Below, in pieces: positions 47,858 through 57,311 of a stretch of 64,000 nt of DNA. Where the stretch lies: the NCBI GenBank assembly GCA_963700285.1, contig CAVOXA010000001.1:992001-1056000 (forward strand). The letters are read 5' to 3'. The position numbers and the translations under genes were made by a program. Each line of letters begins with the position of its first letter. Position 1 is the stretch's first letter. Source of the stretch: an uncultured Chloroflexia bacterium (GTDB lineage: Bacteria > Chloroflexota > Anaerolineae > JAAYZQ01). A model generated the notes under the pieces. The model saw only the letters and a list, made by a program, of their open reading frames with translations, was not told the DNA's origin and ran no database searches.

Positions 47858-50305
47858 TCAGTTTGGCCGGGACGAAGCCGGCCTCATGCCTGCTCCTTCC
47901 AGCACAGGTTCAAGCTGTCCTTCGGGCAACAGCGCCACGGGCAGCACCTCTTCCATCCTCTCCACGAATACGAAGGTCAGGTCGCGCTTGACTCGCTTGG
48001 GGATCTCTACCATATCCTTCCGGTTCTGTTTGGGCAGAAGCACGATCTTGAGCCCTGCTCGGTGGGCGGCCAGTACCTTTTCTCGTAACCCGCCGATGGG
48101 CAACACCCGGCCTCGAAGTGTGATCTCGCCGGTCATTGCCACGTCATGGTGGACGGGCCGCTCGACGAGGGCTGAGATCAGTGCCGTGGCCATTGTGATC
48201 CCGGCCGAAGGCCCATCCTTGGGAATGGCACCCTCGGGCACGTGGATGTGGATATCCAGCTTGTCGAAATCTATCTCGTCGATGTTCAGCTCGTGGGCAT
48301 GGGAGCGGGTGTAGGAGAGCGCCGCTTGGCCTGATTCCTGCATTACGTCACCCAGCTGGCCGGTGAGCATCAACCCTCCCTTGCCATCCATTAACGTTAC
48401 CTCAATCGGCATCAGATCGCCACCTGCCTCAGTCCAGGCGATACCCAGGGCCAGGCCAATCTCGTCGACCCGGTCTTCTTCGTCGCGCAGAAAGCGAGGG
48501 GGCCCCAGGTACTTGCCCAGCGATTGTATCTTGACCTGACGCGGCGCTGGTTTGTCCTCGGCCACGCGGCGGGCTACCTTGCGGCATACATTCGCGATCT
48601 CTCGCTCCAGATTCCGTACTCCCGCCTCGTAGGTGTAATCGCGGATCATTGTGCGCAGCGCCTTGTCGGAGAAGAGCAAATGGCGTTCCGTCGCGCCCAA
48701 TCCATTTTCGCTCAATTGCCTGGGAATGAGGAACTTGCGGGCAATGGCCAGCTTTTCCTCCTCAATATAGCCTGGGAACTCGATCACTTCCATCCGATCG
48801 GCCAGCGCGGGCGGGATGGGATCCAGGATGTTGGCGGTGGTGATGAACATCACCTTCGAGAGGTCGTAGGGCAGATCCAGGTAATGGTCCGAGAATTCAA
48901 AGTTCTGCTCTGGGTCCAGCACCTCTAACAGCGCGGCCGAGGGATCGCCGCGGAAATCGGCGCCCACTTTGTCGATCTCGTCGAGCATGAAGAGCGGGTT
49001 GATGGTACCTGCCGTGCGCATGGTCTGGATGATTCGCCCGGGCATCGCGCCGATATAGGTGCGGCGGTGACCCCGGATCTCGGCCTCGTCGCGGATGCCG
49101 CCCAGCGACACGCGCACAAATTCGCGCCCGAGCGCCTTGGCGATGGAGCGGCCTAGCGAGGTTTTGCCCGTACCTGGTGGCCCGGCAAAGCAAAGGATGG
49201 GACTGCGCGTGATAGGCTTTTCGCCGGCCAGCTTGCGCACGGCCATGTACTCCAGGATACGCTCTTTTGCCTTGGGCAGGCCATAGTGGTTTGCATCAAG
49301 CGCCTTGGCCACCTCGCCAATGGCCAGATTGTCTGTCGTGGCCTTGGTCCAGGGTAGCTCCACCAGCCAATCAAGGTAAGTGCGAATAATACCCACCTCT
49401 GGGGCAGCAGGGGGCATAGCCTTCAAGCGGGCCATCTCTTTCTGGGCTTTGGCCAGCACTTTCTCGGGCATATCGACGGAGGCAAGCTTGTCCTCCATCT
49501 CCTGGACCTCGGCGGTCTGGATATCTATCTCGCCCAGTTCCGATTGGATGGCGCGCATCTGCTCGCGCAAAAAGTACTCGCGCTGCGAGCGATCCACTTC
49601 TTGCTGTACCTTGTTATGGATGCTGCTCTCTAGTTCCAGCACGTCCAGCTCGTTGGCCAGGAGGATGCTGAGCCTCTGCAGCCGGGCGGTGGGGTCTAGG
49701 ATCTCTAGCAACTCCTGGCGTTTCTGGAAATCCAGGTCAAGGAGTGAGGCAAGCAGGTCGGCCAATTGTCCCGGTTCGGAGAGATTCATGGCGGCAACGT
49801 AGGCATCCTCGGGCAGCGTGCGCGACAAATGTACCACCTTTTCAAAGAGAGACAAGACGGCCCGCATCAAGGCTTCCGTGCCCAGTGTGATCTTTTTGGA
49901 TTCCTGGAGCGGCTGGATCTGGGCGCGAATGAAGGGCTGTGTCTGCTTGAGTCCCAGGATCTTGACTCGCCGCCGGCCTTGCCCAAGGATGTTCGTACTG
50001 CCGTCCGGCAAACGCAGGATACGCCCCACAACCATCTCCACGCCGATGTCGTACAGGTCCTCCAATTCTGGTTCTTGGACCTCGGGATCGCGCTGGCCAA
50101 CAACCACGATGAGGTTATCGCTGTTTGTTGCAGCCTCGACGGCTTTTAGGGAACGGTCGCGGCCTACAGATAGAGGAGCCATCATGTGCGGAAAGACAAC
50201 CATGTCCCTCAAAGGCAGCAGTGGATAGTCGCCCAAATGGTTGTCGTCACCTTCATCCAGGAAATCGTCAATATTAAAAAGACCAAACTCGAAATCATAA
50301 CTCAA
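47858..50305 (-). CDS. lon: ATP-dependent protease La
   Basis: LPLRDMVVFP, GPPGTGKTS, RGHRRTYIG, LDEIDK, PKDGPSAG, MTGEITLRG. Confidence 0.97.
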   Translation of the reverse strand: MSYDFEFGLFNIDDFLDEGDDNHLGDYPLLPLRDMVVFPHMMAPLSVGRDRSLKAVEAATNSDNLIVVVGQRDPEVQEPELEDLYDIGVEMVVGRILRLPDGSTNILGQGRRRVKILGLKQTQPFIRAQIQPLQESKKITLGTEALMRAVLSLFEKVVHLSRTLPEDAYVAAMNLSEPGQLADLLASLLDLDFQKRQELLEILDPTARLQRLSILLANELDVLELESSIHNKVQQEVDRSQREYFLREQMRAIQSELGEIDIQTAEVQEMEDKLASVDMPEKVLAKAQKEMARLKAMPPAAPEVGIIRTYLDWLVELPWTKATTDNLAIGEVAKALDANHYGLPKAKERILEYMAVRKLAGEKPITRSPILCFAGPPGTGKTSLGRSIAKALGREFVRVSLGGIRDEAEIRGHRRTYIGAMPGRIIQTMRTAGTINPLFMLDEIDKVGADFRGDPSAALLEVLDPEQNFEFSDHYLDLPYDLSKVMFITTANILDPIPPALADRMEVIEFPGYIEEEKLAIARKFLIPRQLSENGLGATERHLLFSDKALRTMIRDYTYEAGVRNLEREIANVCRKVARRVAEDKPAPRQVKIQSLGKYLGPPRFLRDEEDRVDEIGLALGIAWTEAGGDLMPIEVTLMDGKGGLMLTGQLGDVMQESGQAALSYTRSHAHELNIDEIDFDKLDIHIHVPEGAIPKDGPSAGITMATALISALVERPVHHDVAMTGEITLRGRVLPIGGLREKVLAAHRAGLKIVLLPKQNRKDMVEIPKRVKRDLTFVFVERMEEVLPVALLPEGQLEPVLEGAGMRPASSRPN

Positions 50306-50394
50306 TGTGAGACTCTCCTCTGTTTCCGACAGAAACTCATTGACACGTTCCCTAACTTACTATAACACAGGACGCACGAAAAGACAACTTGTAG

Positions 50395-51744
50395 CTAGTT
50401 TGGATCTGACGGTGGTAGAGCCATACCTTGACGGGCGAACCAGGCGGTCCGCGCTTCGGCGGCCACAAATACCGAGCCGGTGCAGCAGACGAGATCCTTA
50501 GGACCTGCGTCTGCCAGTGCCAGGTCAAGTGCTTGGGGAACGGTCGGGCATATTTCGGTCTTGAGGCCCAATTGCGCAGCCTGAGCTTGGATCCAGGCAG
50601 GCGTAGCAGCCTTGGGATGCTGCGTCGCTGTAATGATGGCGCGGCTAGCACCGGCAAGCAGCGCCCGGAGTAAGTCGGGTGTGACATGATCCGCCGAAGC
50701 GCCGAGCACGACGACCAAACGGTCATAGTCCAAGATCTCCTGCATGGCGGCCATCGACTTGCGCGCTGAATCTGCATTGTGCGCACAATCGACCACGACC
50801 AGCGGCTCGCGACTCAGGATCTCCAGGCGCCCCGGCCATCTTACGGCCGCCAAACCCCTCTGTGTGGCCTCCGCGGGCAGCGCAAGGCCCTGCTCTTCTA
50901 GCAGCGACAGGGCCGCTACTGCCGTCGTCGCATTCACTGCTTGATACGCGCCCAGCAGCGGGATACGAAACTCACCGATGGGATCAAGTCTGCGATAGAT
51001 GGTCAAGGTTTGTCCGTCGAGATCGGCATGGCCTGTCTCACAATTCCAATCGCGCCCCACCAGCGTCAATGGCGCATTATTCAGGAGGCTGGTGGCTTCG
51101 ATCACGGCCAGTGCGTCCTCGCTTTGAGGGGCGCTGACCACCGGAATTCCAGGCTTGATGATGCCTGCCTTCTCTGCGGCGATCTCGGCACAAGTCTCGC
51201 CCAGAATGCCTGTGTGATCGAGGCTGATGGAGGTGATGACCGCCACTGCGGGGGTAAGCACATTGGTGGCATCTAATCGCCCCCCCAACCCTACTTCTAC
51301 CGAAGCCCACGCGACGCCCTGTTCTGCAAACCAAGCAAAGGCCAGGCAGGTCATGACCTCAAAGGTGGTAATCTCGGGCACCTGGTCCAGCAGCGGCCGC
51401 ATCTGCTGGACCAGGCGGACCATGTCCTCTTCGGTGATCAGCTCGCCATTCACCTGGATCCGCTCGCGAAAAGAGTGAAGGTGAGGAGAGGTGTACAATC
51501 CGGTGCGATAGCCCGCTGCCTGAAGCACAGATGCGATCATCGCTGCCGTCGACCCCTTGCCCTTGGTTCCGGCGATGTGTACGGCCTGGAAGCTCTGTTG
51601 GGGATCGCCCAGCAGAGATAGAAGGTGCCGCACGCGGTCCAGACTGTAGAACTCGGAGGAGTAGGCGGCCAGACCCATCCGCTCATAGTCGGTGAAGCCA
51701 TATACGTACCACAGAATGTCTCGATAGGTTGCCATTGGTTTCAT
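50395..51744 (-). CDS. folC: Folylpolyglutamate/dihydrofolate synthase
   Basis: HIAGTKGKGST, YTSPHL, EVGLGGRLDATN, WPGRLE, DCAHN; TTTACA-17-TAGAAT 6 nt before the ATG. Confidence 0.95.
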   Translation of the reverse strand: MKPMATYRDILWYVYGFTDYERMGLAAYSSEFYSLDRVRHLLSLLGDPQQSFQAVHIAGTKGKGSTAAMIASVLQAAGYRTGLYTSPHLHSFRERIQVNGELITEEDMVRLVQQMRPLLDQVPEITTFEVMTCLAFAWFAEQGVAWASVEVGLGGRLDATNVLTPAVAVITSISLDHTGILGETCAEIAAEKAGIIKPGIPVVSAPQSEDALAVIEATSLLNNAPLTLVGRDWNCETGHADLDGQTLTIYRRLDPIGEFRIPLLGAYQAVNATTAVAALSLLEEQGLALPAEATQRGLAAVRWPGRLEILSREPLVVVDCAHNADSARKSMAAMQEILDYDRLVVVLGASADHVTPDLLRALLAGASRAIITATQHPKAATPAWIQAQAAQLGLKTEICPTVPQALDLALADAGPKDLVCCTGSVFVAAEARTAWFARQGMALPPSDPN

Positions 51745-51830
51745 GGCGGTATTCTATCTCATATGCCTAGAAATGTAAAGTTGCCAAAACAATAAGTGGG
51801 TGGTATCATGGGCGTGGAGGGAACTAGGGC

Positions 51831-54623
51831 TTGCGCTCATCCGAGAAACCTTGGCGAACCCACGTCTTGATCCTGGGCGCCTATTTGCTGCTGGCCTTGC
51901 TGCTGACCTGGCCGCTTGCGCTGAACCTGAGAACGCACGTGCCAGGCAACGGCGTGGACGACCCGCCCTTGACCTGGAACCTTTGGTGGGTTCGGCACGC
52001 CCTCGTCGATCTGGGGACCAATCCCTTCGATTCTGACTACCTGTTCTACCCGCTGGGTATCAACTTGAGCTTTTATACTCTGACAGTGCTCAATGGATTG
52101 CTCTCCATCCCCCTGCAGTTGTTTTTGGGCCTGGTCCCAGCGAGCAATCTGCTGCTCCTGTCCTCGTTTGTCCTCGGTGGCTATGGAGCTTTTCTCCTGG
52201 CGTTCTTGATATTGTGTCCGCGTCAACATGAACGCGATGGCGCAGACCAAAGACACCCGCCGCTCGTTCCTGCCCAGTATGTTGCCGCTTTTGTCGCTGG
52301 ACTGCTGTATGCTTTTTCCTCGAGCAAGCTCGCTTATGCGGCTCTGGGCCAGTGGAACATTGCCAGCTCCCAGTGGATCCCCTTCTACGTACTCTATCTC
52401 TTCAAAGTGACCCAGCATCCCCGGCGATGGCGCTTTGTGTTCTTGGCCTGCCTGTTTCTGTTGCTTCAGGCCTATGCCGAGCTAACCTACGCGACGTTCC
52501 TCGTGTTGTTCACCGGCCTGTGGTTGCTGTGGCAAGTCCTTGTCCACCGACGGAATCTGAGGTCAGCACAAGCAGGGCGCCTGGTGGCCAACCTTGTCTT
52601 GATCGGACTGCTCATGGTTGTGGGCCTGGCTCCGATGCTGGCCACAATGATCCCTGATATGCTCGTCGAGGGCGACGTCTTTGCCGAGGGAGGTGGTTTC
52701 TCTGACGTATTTTCGGCGGATCTTTTGGGCTTTCTGGTACCGACCAGGTACCACCCTATGCTGGGTACGATGGTTGAGCGTTTCCGCTTTGATCATACCG
52801 TGGGCCAGCACATCTATGTAGGAGTCGCTACGCTGGTTCTGGCAGTGGTGGGGCTTGTCTACTGGGCGCGAGGGACCGGGCAAGCACTGGCCGGTTCTGG
52901 GTCGGATTCGGCCCAGTGGCCTGACGGTGCGGGTAAAGTCTCTCTTTGGGCCCGCTATGGCCTCTGGGTCAAGTTTTGGTCCCTGTCGGCGCTGGTATTC
53001 TGGTTGTTGGCCCTGGGACCCACGCTGCGACTGGACGGGCAGGCAACGAACCTGCCCCTGCCCTTTTCCCTGGTGGCTCAACTGCCCTTTCTCAAAGGCA
53101 ATCGGTACCCCAGTCGCTACAGCGTGCTCCTGGTCCTGAGCCTGGCCATGCTGGTTGCTTTTGGGCTATTGGCCATCCTGCGGGTCCTCAGAAAGTGGCC
53201 CTCCGCGATCCTGCAGGCTGCGACGCTGCTCCTGGTGGGGTTCCTGCTCTTTGAGCAGCTATCTATCCCTCTCCCTCTCTCCGACATGCGCGTTCCAGAG
53301 GTGTACGACATCGTCGCCAGCGAGATGCCTGGGGAGTATACCCTGCTAGATCTGCCCGTGGCCTGGCGTAATGGATCCCGTGTCATGGGTACCCAACACC
53401 CCCTCATCATGTTTGAGCAATACTACCAATCGGCCCACGGCCAGCGGATCTTGGCGGGCAATACCTCGCGCAACCCGCCCCTCAAGTTCCAGTATTTTGT
53501 CAATGCACCCGTGATCAACAGCATCATCGCCCTGGAGACTGGGCACGAGATAGGCCAGGACATCGTTGAGCGGGATCGCAACCTCGCGCCTGAGGTACTG
53601 CGGTTCCTGGATATCCAGGCCATCGTCGTTCACCCGGAACAGACAGGACCTGGCATGATCCCCTATATCGAGGAGGTCGTACCCGTCCGGCGCCTCTACG
53701 AGGATGCCGGCGTCGTTGCCTATGGCGTCGACCTGCCCCCCTGGCCCGAGACTTGGAGCATCGTGCCAGGCGACGATCTGGGCAAGCTGAGTTTTGCCGA
53801 AGGCTGGGGGATACCTGCGCACGACACGATCTGGGCGCAACGCCGCGCGGCCCGACTGCTCGTGCCCTTGAACGGTGCAGCTCAGAAGATGGCCTTCCGG
53901 GCCTACTCCCCGGAAGGGGGCCAGCAGCTGACGCTCGAGGTCAACGGGCAGCCGGTACAGCACATCGGCATGGCTGCTGGCTGGATGGAGTACGAGTTCA
54001 CCGTGCCCGCCAAAGCCCTGCAGCCAGGCCTGAATGAGATCTGGCTGCGCTTTGAAGAACTGGCTCCTGCGAGCCAGGTGCGGCTGTCGCTCCGGGAAAT
54101 CGGGCACACGGGCGTGGAATCGCCGGTCAACTTGGTGGTGGAGAGCGCTGGATTAGAGGTTGGCGACTTTGGCTACATTCACGTCGACGGCGAGAACGTG
54201 TCACTCAACCAGCGTGGCTACAATGTAGCTGTCCTGGATCCCCAGAGTGGGGCTGTAGAGCAAGTCTCAGCATTTGACACGCACTTGGACGAGGGCGCGA
54301 GCCGGGCACTGGCAGGCTTTCTTTCCAGCGTGCCCTCTGGGCATATCGTGGCTGTCGCTGCTGCCGACGAAGCCTCTCAGTATCTGGGTGAGGATGCGAT
54401 AGCTGCGCTACAAGGCATCGGTGCGGTGGGAGACTTGCGGGGCAAGACACGCTGGGGCCACAGCATCATTGGCGTCCAAGGGGCGCCTCCAGGTACGGCT
54501 CTGGAGGCGCTGGGCTGGATGCGACCGGTTAACGTGGTTGCAGGCGAGGGGGCAACAGAACCCACCCTGGCCGCTGCCTTCTCCAGTTTTGACTTTTGGC
54601 CTATCGAGGAGTCGCAAGACTGA
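51831..54623 (+). CDS. Large YfhO/GT-C-like membrane protein with a C-terminal ILEI/PANDER-like domain
   Basis: About 12 TM segments (WNLWW, RYPSRY); C-terminal RGYNVAVLD...AFDTH...VAVAAADEAS; TTGCCA-17-TATCAT upstream. Confidence 0.65.
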   Translation: MRSSEKPWRTHVLILGAYLLLALLLTWPLALNLRTHVPGNGVDDPPLTWNLWWVRHALVDLGTNPFDSDYLFYPLGINLSFYTLTVLNGLLSIPLQLFLGLVPASNLLLLSSFVLGGYGAFLLAFLILCPRQHERDGADQRHPPLVPAQYVAAFVAGLLYAFSSSKLAYAALGQWNIASSQWIPFYVLYLFKVTQHPRRWRFVFLACLFLLLQAYAELTYATFLVLFTGLWLLWQVLVHRRNLRSAQAGRLVANLVLIGLLMVVGLAPMLATMIPDMLVEGDVFAEGGGFSDVFSADLLGFLVPTRYHPMLGTMVERFRFDHTVGQHIYVGVATLVLAVVGLVYWARGTGQALAGSGSDSAQWPDGAGKVSLWARYGLWVKFWSLSALVFWLLALGPTLRLDGQATNLPLPFSLVAQLPFLKGNRYPSRYSVLLVLSLAMLVAFGLLAILRVLRKWPSAILQAATLLLVGFLLFEQLSIPLPLSDMRVPEVYDIVASEMPGEYTLLDLPVAWRNGSRVMGTQHPLIMFEQYYQSAHGQRILAGNTSRNPPLKFQYFVNAPVINSIIALETGHEIGQDIVERDRNLAPEVLRFLDIQAIVVHPEQTGPGMIPYIEEVVPVRRLYEDAGVVAYGVDLPPWPETWSIVPGDDLGKLSFAEGWGIPAHDTIWAQRRAARLLVPLNGAAQKMAFRAYSPEGGQQLTLEVNGQPVQHIGMAAGWMEYEFTVPAKALQPGLNEIWLRFEELAPASQVRLSLREIGHTGVESPVNLVVESAGLEVGDFGYIHVDGENVSLNQRGYNVAVLDPQSGAVEQVSAFDTHLDEGASRALAGFLSSVPSGHIVAVAAADEASQYLGEDAIAALQGIGAVGDLRGKTRWGHSIIGVQGAPPGTALEALGWMRPVNVVAGEGATEPTLAAAFSSFDFWPIEESQD

Positions 54624-54649
54624 GCCTGATCCGTTCTGTTGTTTCCGAT

Positions 54650-54678
54650 TTGACAGGTATTGGGCAAAGATCTATAAT
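54650..54678 (+). promoter_or_regulatory. Consensus sigma70 promoter of efp
   Basis: TTGACA ggtattgggcaaagatc TATAAT. Confidence 0.85.
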
Positions 54679-54828
54679 CAGCGGATCGTAGTGCGCCTGC
54701 CTGTGCTCAGGCCGCGTCCGTGGTCCGGTGGAGTTCCCATGGGAGACACCGGTGAGGGGCTGGTTGGGTGCGACGTGCTGCGGTCTACAGAGAATCGCCG
54801 TATCGGCAAGAGCACAAGGAGTTGCCAT

Positions 54829-55387
54829 AATGATTGACGTGAACGCACTGCGCAAGGGTGTGACCTTTACTATGGACGACGGGTTGTGGAAGGTCATTGA
54901 CTACCAGCACCACAAGCCTGGCCGGGGCAAGGCCGTCATCCGCACCAAACTGCGCAACCTGCGCACTGGGGCCACCATCGACAAGAACTTTACCTCCGGC
55001 GACCGTGTCCAGGACATTCGCCTGGACCATCAGACCGTCCAGTATCTGTACAGTGATGGAGATTTTCTTTACTTTATGGATACTGAGACCTACGAGCAGT
55101 TCCCGTTGGCCGGCGCCATCCTCGAGGATGCCAAGCCTTACCTCGTGGAAACCATGGAGATTGAACTCTCCAGCTACGAGGGCGAGCCACTGGATATAGA
55201 ACTACCCATCACCGTCGATCTTCGAGTGGTGGAAGCCCCGCCAGGTTTTGCCGGGGACACGGCAAGCGGGGCGACCAAGGAGGTGACGCTGGAGACCGGT
55301 TTCAAGCTCCAGGTTCCGCTGTTCATCGCCGAAGATGATGTACTGCGCATTGACACCCGTGATGGCCGGTACGTGACGCGCGTGTAG
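54829..55387 (+). CDS. efp: Elongation factor P (Arg in the modification loop)
   Basis: HHKPGRG, FMDTETYEQ, GDTASGATK, LETG, VPLFI, IDTR; AAGGAG RBS; start approximate to within 1 nt. Confidence 0.96.
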
Positions 55388-55409
55388 CTCTTTCTGCGCT
55401 TGAAGAGTG

Positions 55410-55444
55410 GAAAAGGGCCTTCCCCTTTTGGGGGAGGCCTTTGC
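55410..55444. terminator. Probable bidirectional intrinsic terminator between efp and the macrodomain gene
   Basis: AAAAGGGCCTTCCCC-TTTT-GGGGGAGGCCTTT. Confidence 0.7.
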
Positions 55445-55470
55445 TGTGTGCCTCCGACCAACCTCCAGGG

Positions 55471-56031
55471 CTACCCGTCGACAGCTGTGCTTTCCATCAG
55501 TTGGCTCAGGCTGCGTTGGTATACCTGGTAAGCTTGCCAGCCATAGAGCACAAAACGAACGGACCCGATGCCAACCTGGTCCTGACCGGTCAAGTAGTCG
55601 ATCACAGTCTGAAGTGCAATCGGCGCCGCTTCATCCAGAGGGTAGCCGTAGGCGCCAGTGCTGATGGAAGGGAAAGCCACGCTCTTTATGCCGTGTTCAG
55701 CGGCTACCTCCAGGCTACGGCGGTAGGCGCTGGACAGCAACTTGGCGGCGCCCACAGCATTCTCTTGCCAGTAGATTGGTCCCACCGTGTGGATCACGTA
55801 CCGCGCCTGGAGCCGGCCTCCCGTCGTGAGCTTGGCGTCGCCTGTCTCGCAGCCCCCAAGTTTGCGGCATTCGGCCAGGATCTGGGGTCCTCCTGCGCGA
55901 TGGATTGCACCGTCCACGCCTCCACCGCCCAGTAGTGAGCTGTTGGCGGCATTGACAATGGCCTCGGTATCCTGCTTTGTAATGTCGCCTTCTGCCAGTT
56001 CCAGCACCGCCTGCTTGATTTGAACTCTCAC
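55471..56031 (-). CDS. Macrodomain O-acetyl-ADP-ribose deacetylase (YmdB-like)
   Basis: [36 protein letters not shown]. Confidence 0.92.
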   Translation of the reverse strand: MRVQIKQAVLELAEGDITKQDTEAIVNAANSSLLGGGGVDGAIHRAGGPQILAECRKLGGCETGDAKLTTGGRLQARYVIHTVGPIYWQENAVGAAKLLSSAYRRSLEVAAEHGIKSVAFPSISTGAYGYPLDEAAPIALQTVIDYLTGQDQVGIGSVRFVLYGWQAYQVYQRSLSQLMESTAVDG

Positions 56032-56178
56032 TGGAAACCTCCTTTCGTGCCGCGGTTGCAGGCAGGGGCCGCGGCCGTGTTGGGCGCCATGTTCTGACCA
56101 TCAAGATCACACCTCCCTGACGCCGTGTCCCTGCCCTGATTTGCCCCCCAGTTTGTTCCACGGTATAGTAGCAGCACC

Positions 56179-57303
56179 ATGACCCTGCCACACGGCGTTC
56201 ACGGCATTAGCGAATCCATTGACGTGCCGGCCATGTCCCGCTGTCTATTGGACTGGTATGAACGTCATCGCCGCGACCTGCCCTGGCGGCGCGTCCGCGA
56301 GCCCTATGCCATCTGGGTGGCCGAGATCATGCTCCAGCAGACGCGGGTCGATACCGTCATCGTCTATTATGAACGGTTCCTGCTCAGGTTCCCCACCCTG
56401 GACGCGCTGGCAGCGGCCCCCTTGGACGATGTTCTCAAGGCGTGGGAGGGTCTCGGCTACTATGCTCGTGCCCGGAACCTGCACGCCGCGGCGCGCAAGA
56501 TCCGTGAAACGCTCGATGGCTGCCTGCCCCACTCGCCAGAAGACCTACGACGTCTGCCGGGCGTGGGCCGCTATACGGCCGCGGCCATCGCCAGCATTGC
56601 CTTTGGACAGGATGCCGTAGCCCTGGACAGCAATCTGCGCCGGGTGCTGTGTCGCATCTTTGCCATTGACGACGATCCCGGCCGGCCCAGTACCCAGCAC
56701 CGGCTGGAGGCCTTGGGCTTGGTCCTGCTGCCCCCTGGCCGAGCCAGCGACTTTAACCAGGCCCTCATGGACCTAGGCGCTCTTGTCTGCACCCCCAGCA
56801 GCCCTCGTTGCCTGATCTGTCCCCTGATGAATCTCTGCCTGGCCCAGAAAGAGGGCATTCAGGAAGCGCTGCCCATCCGCGCCACGCGTACCTTCCGTCC
56901 CCATCGCGATGTCACGGCGGGCGTGATCTATGACCAGCGAGGTCGCTTTCTGATTACGCGGCGCCCCCTGGATGGGCTCCTGGGTGGTCTCTGGGAATTC
57001 CCTGGGGGCAAACGACGTCCTGGCGAGAAGCTAGCGCCCTGTCTCAGGCGGGAGATCATTGAGGAACTGGCCATCGAGATCGAAATCGGTGAGCTGCTGT
57101 GCAAGATAGAGCACTCGTTCACGCATTTTTATATGACACTGTACGCTTTCCACTGCCAATGGCTGGGTGGCGAACCCCAGTGTCTGGGCTGTGACGACCT
57201 GCGCTGGGTCACCCTCGACCAGCTTGATGCCTTTGCTTTCCCCGTGGCTGACCAAAAGATCATTGCCACCCTACGGGATCGAGCCTTAGCCGGCAGTCAC
57301 TAA
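56179..57303 (+). CDS. mutY: A/G-specific adenine glycosylase with a C-terminal Nudix domain
   Basis: LPWR, EIMLQQT, WEGLGYY, LPGVGRYTA, NQALMDLG, Fe-S Cys motif, WEFPGG. Confidence 0.95.
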   Translation: MTLPHGVHGISESIDVPAMSRCLLDWYERHRRDLPWRRVREPYAIWVAEIMLQQTRVDTVIVYYERFLLRFPTLDALAAAPLDDVLKAWEGLGYYARARNLHAAARKIRETLDGCLPHSPEDLRRLPGVGRYTAAAIASIAFGQDAVALDSNLRRVLCRIFAIDDDPGRPSTQHRLEALGLVLLPPGRASDFNQALMDLGALVCTPSSPRCLICPLMNLCLAQKEGIQEALPIRATRTFRPHRDVTAGVIYDQRGRFLITRRPLDGLLGGLWEFPGGKRRPGEKLAPCLRREIIEELAIEIEIGELLCKIEHSFTHFYMTLYAFHCQWLGGEPQCLGCDDLRWVTLDQLDAFAFPVADQKIIATLRDRALAGSH

Positions 57304-57311
57304 CCCTCCCA

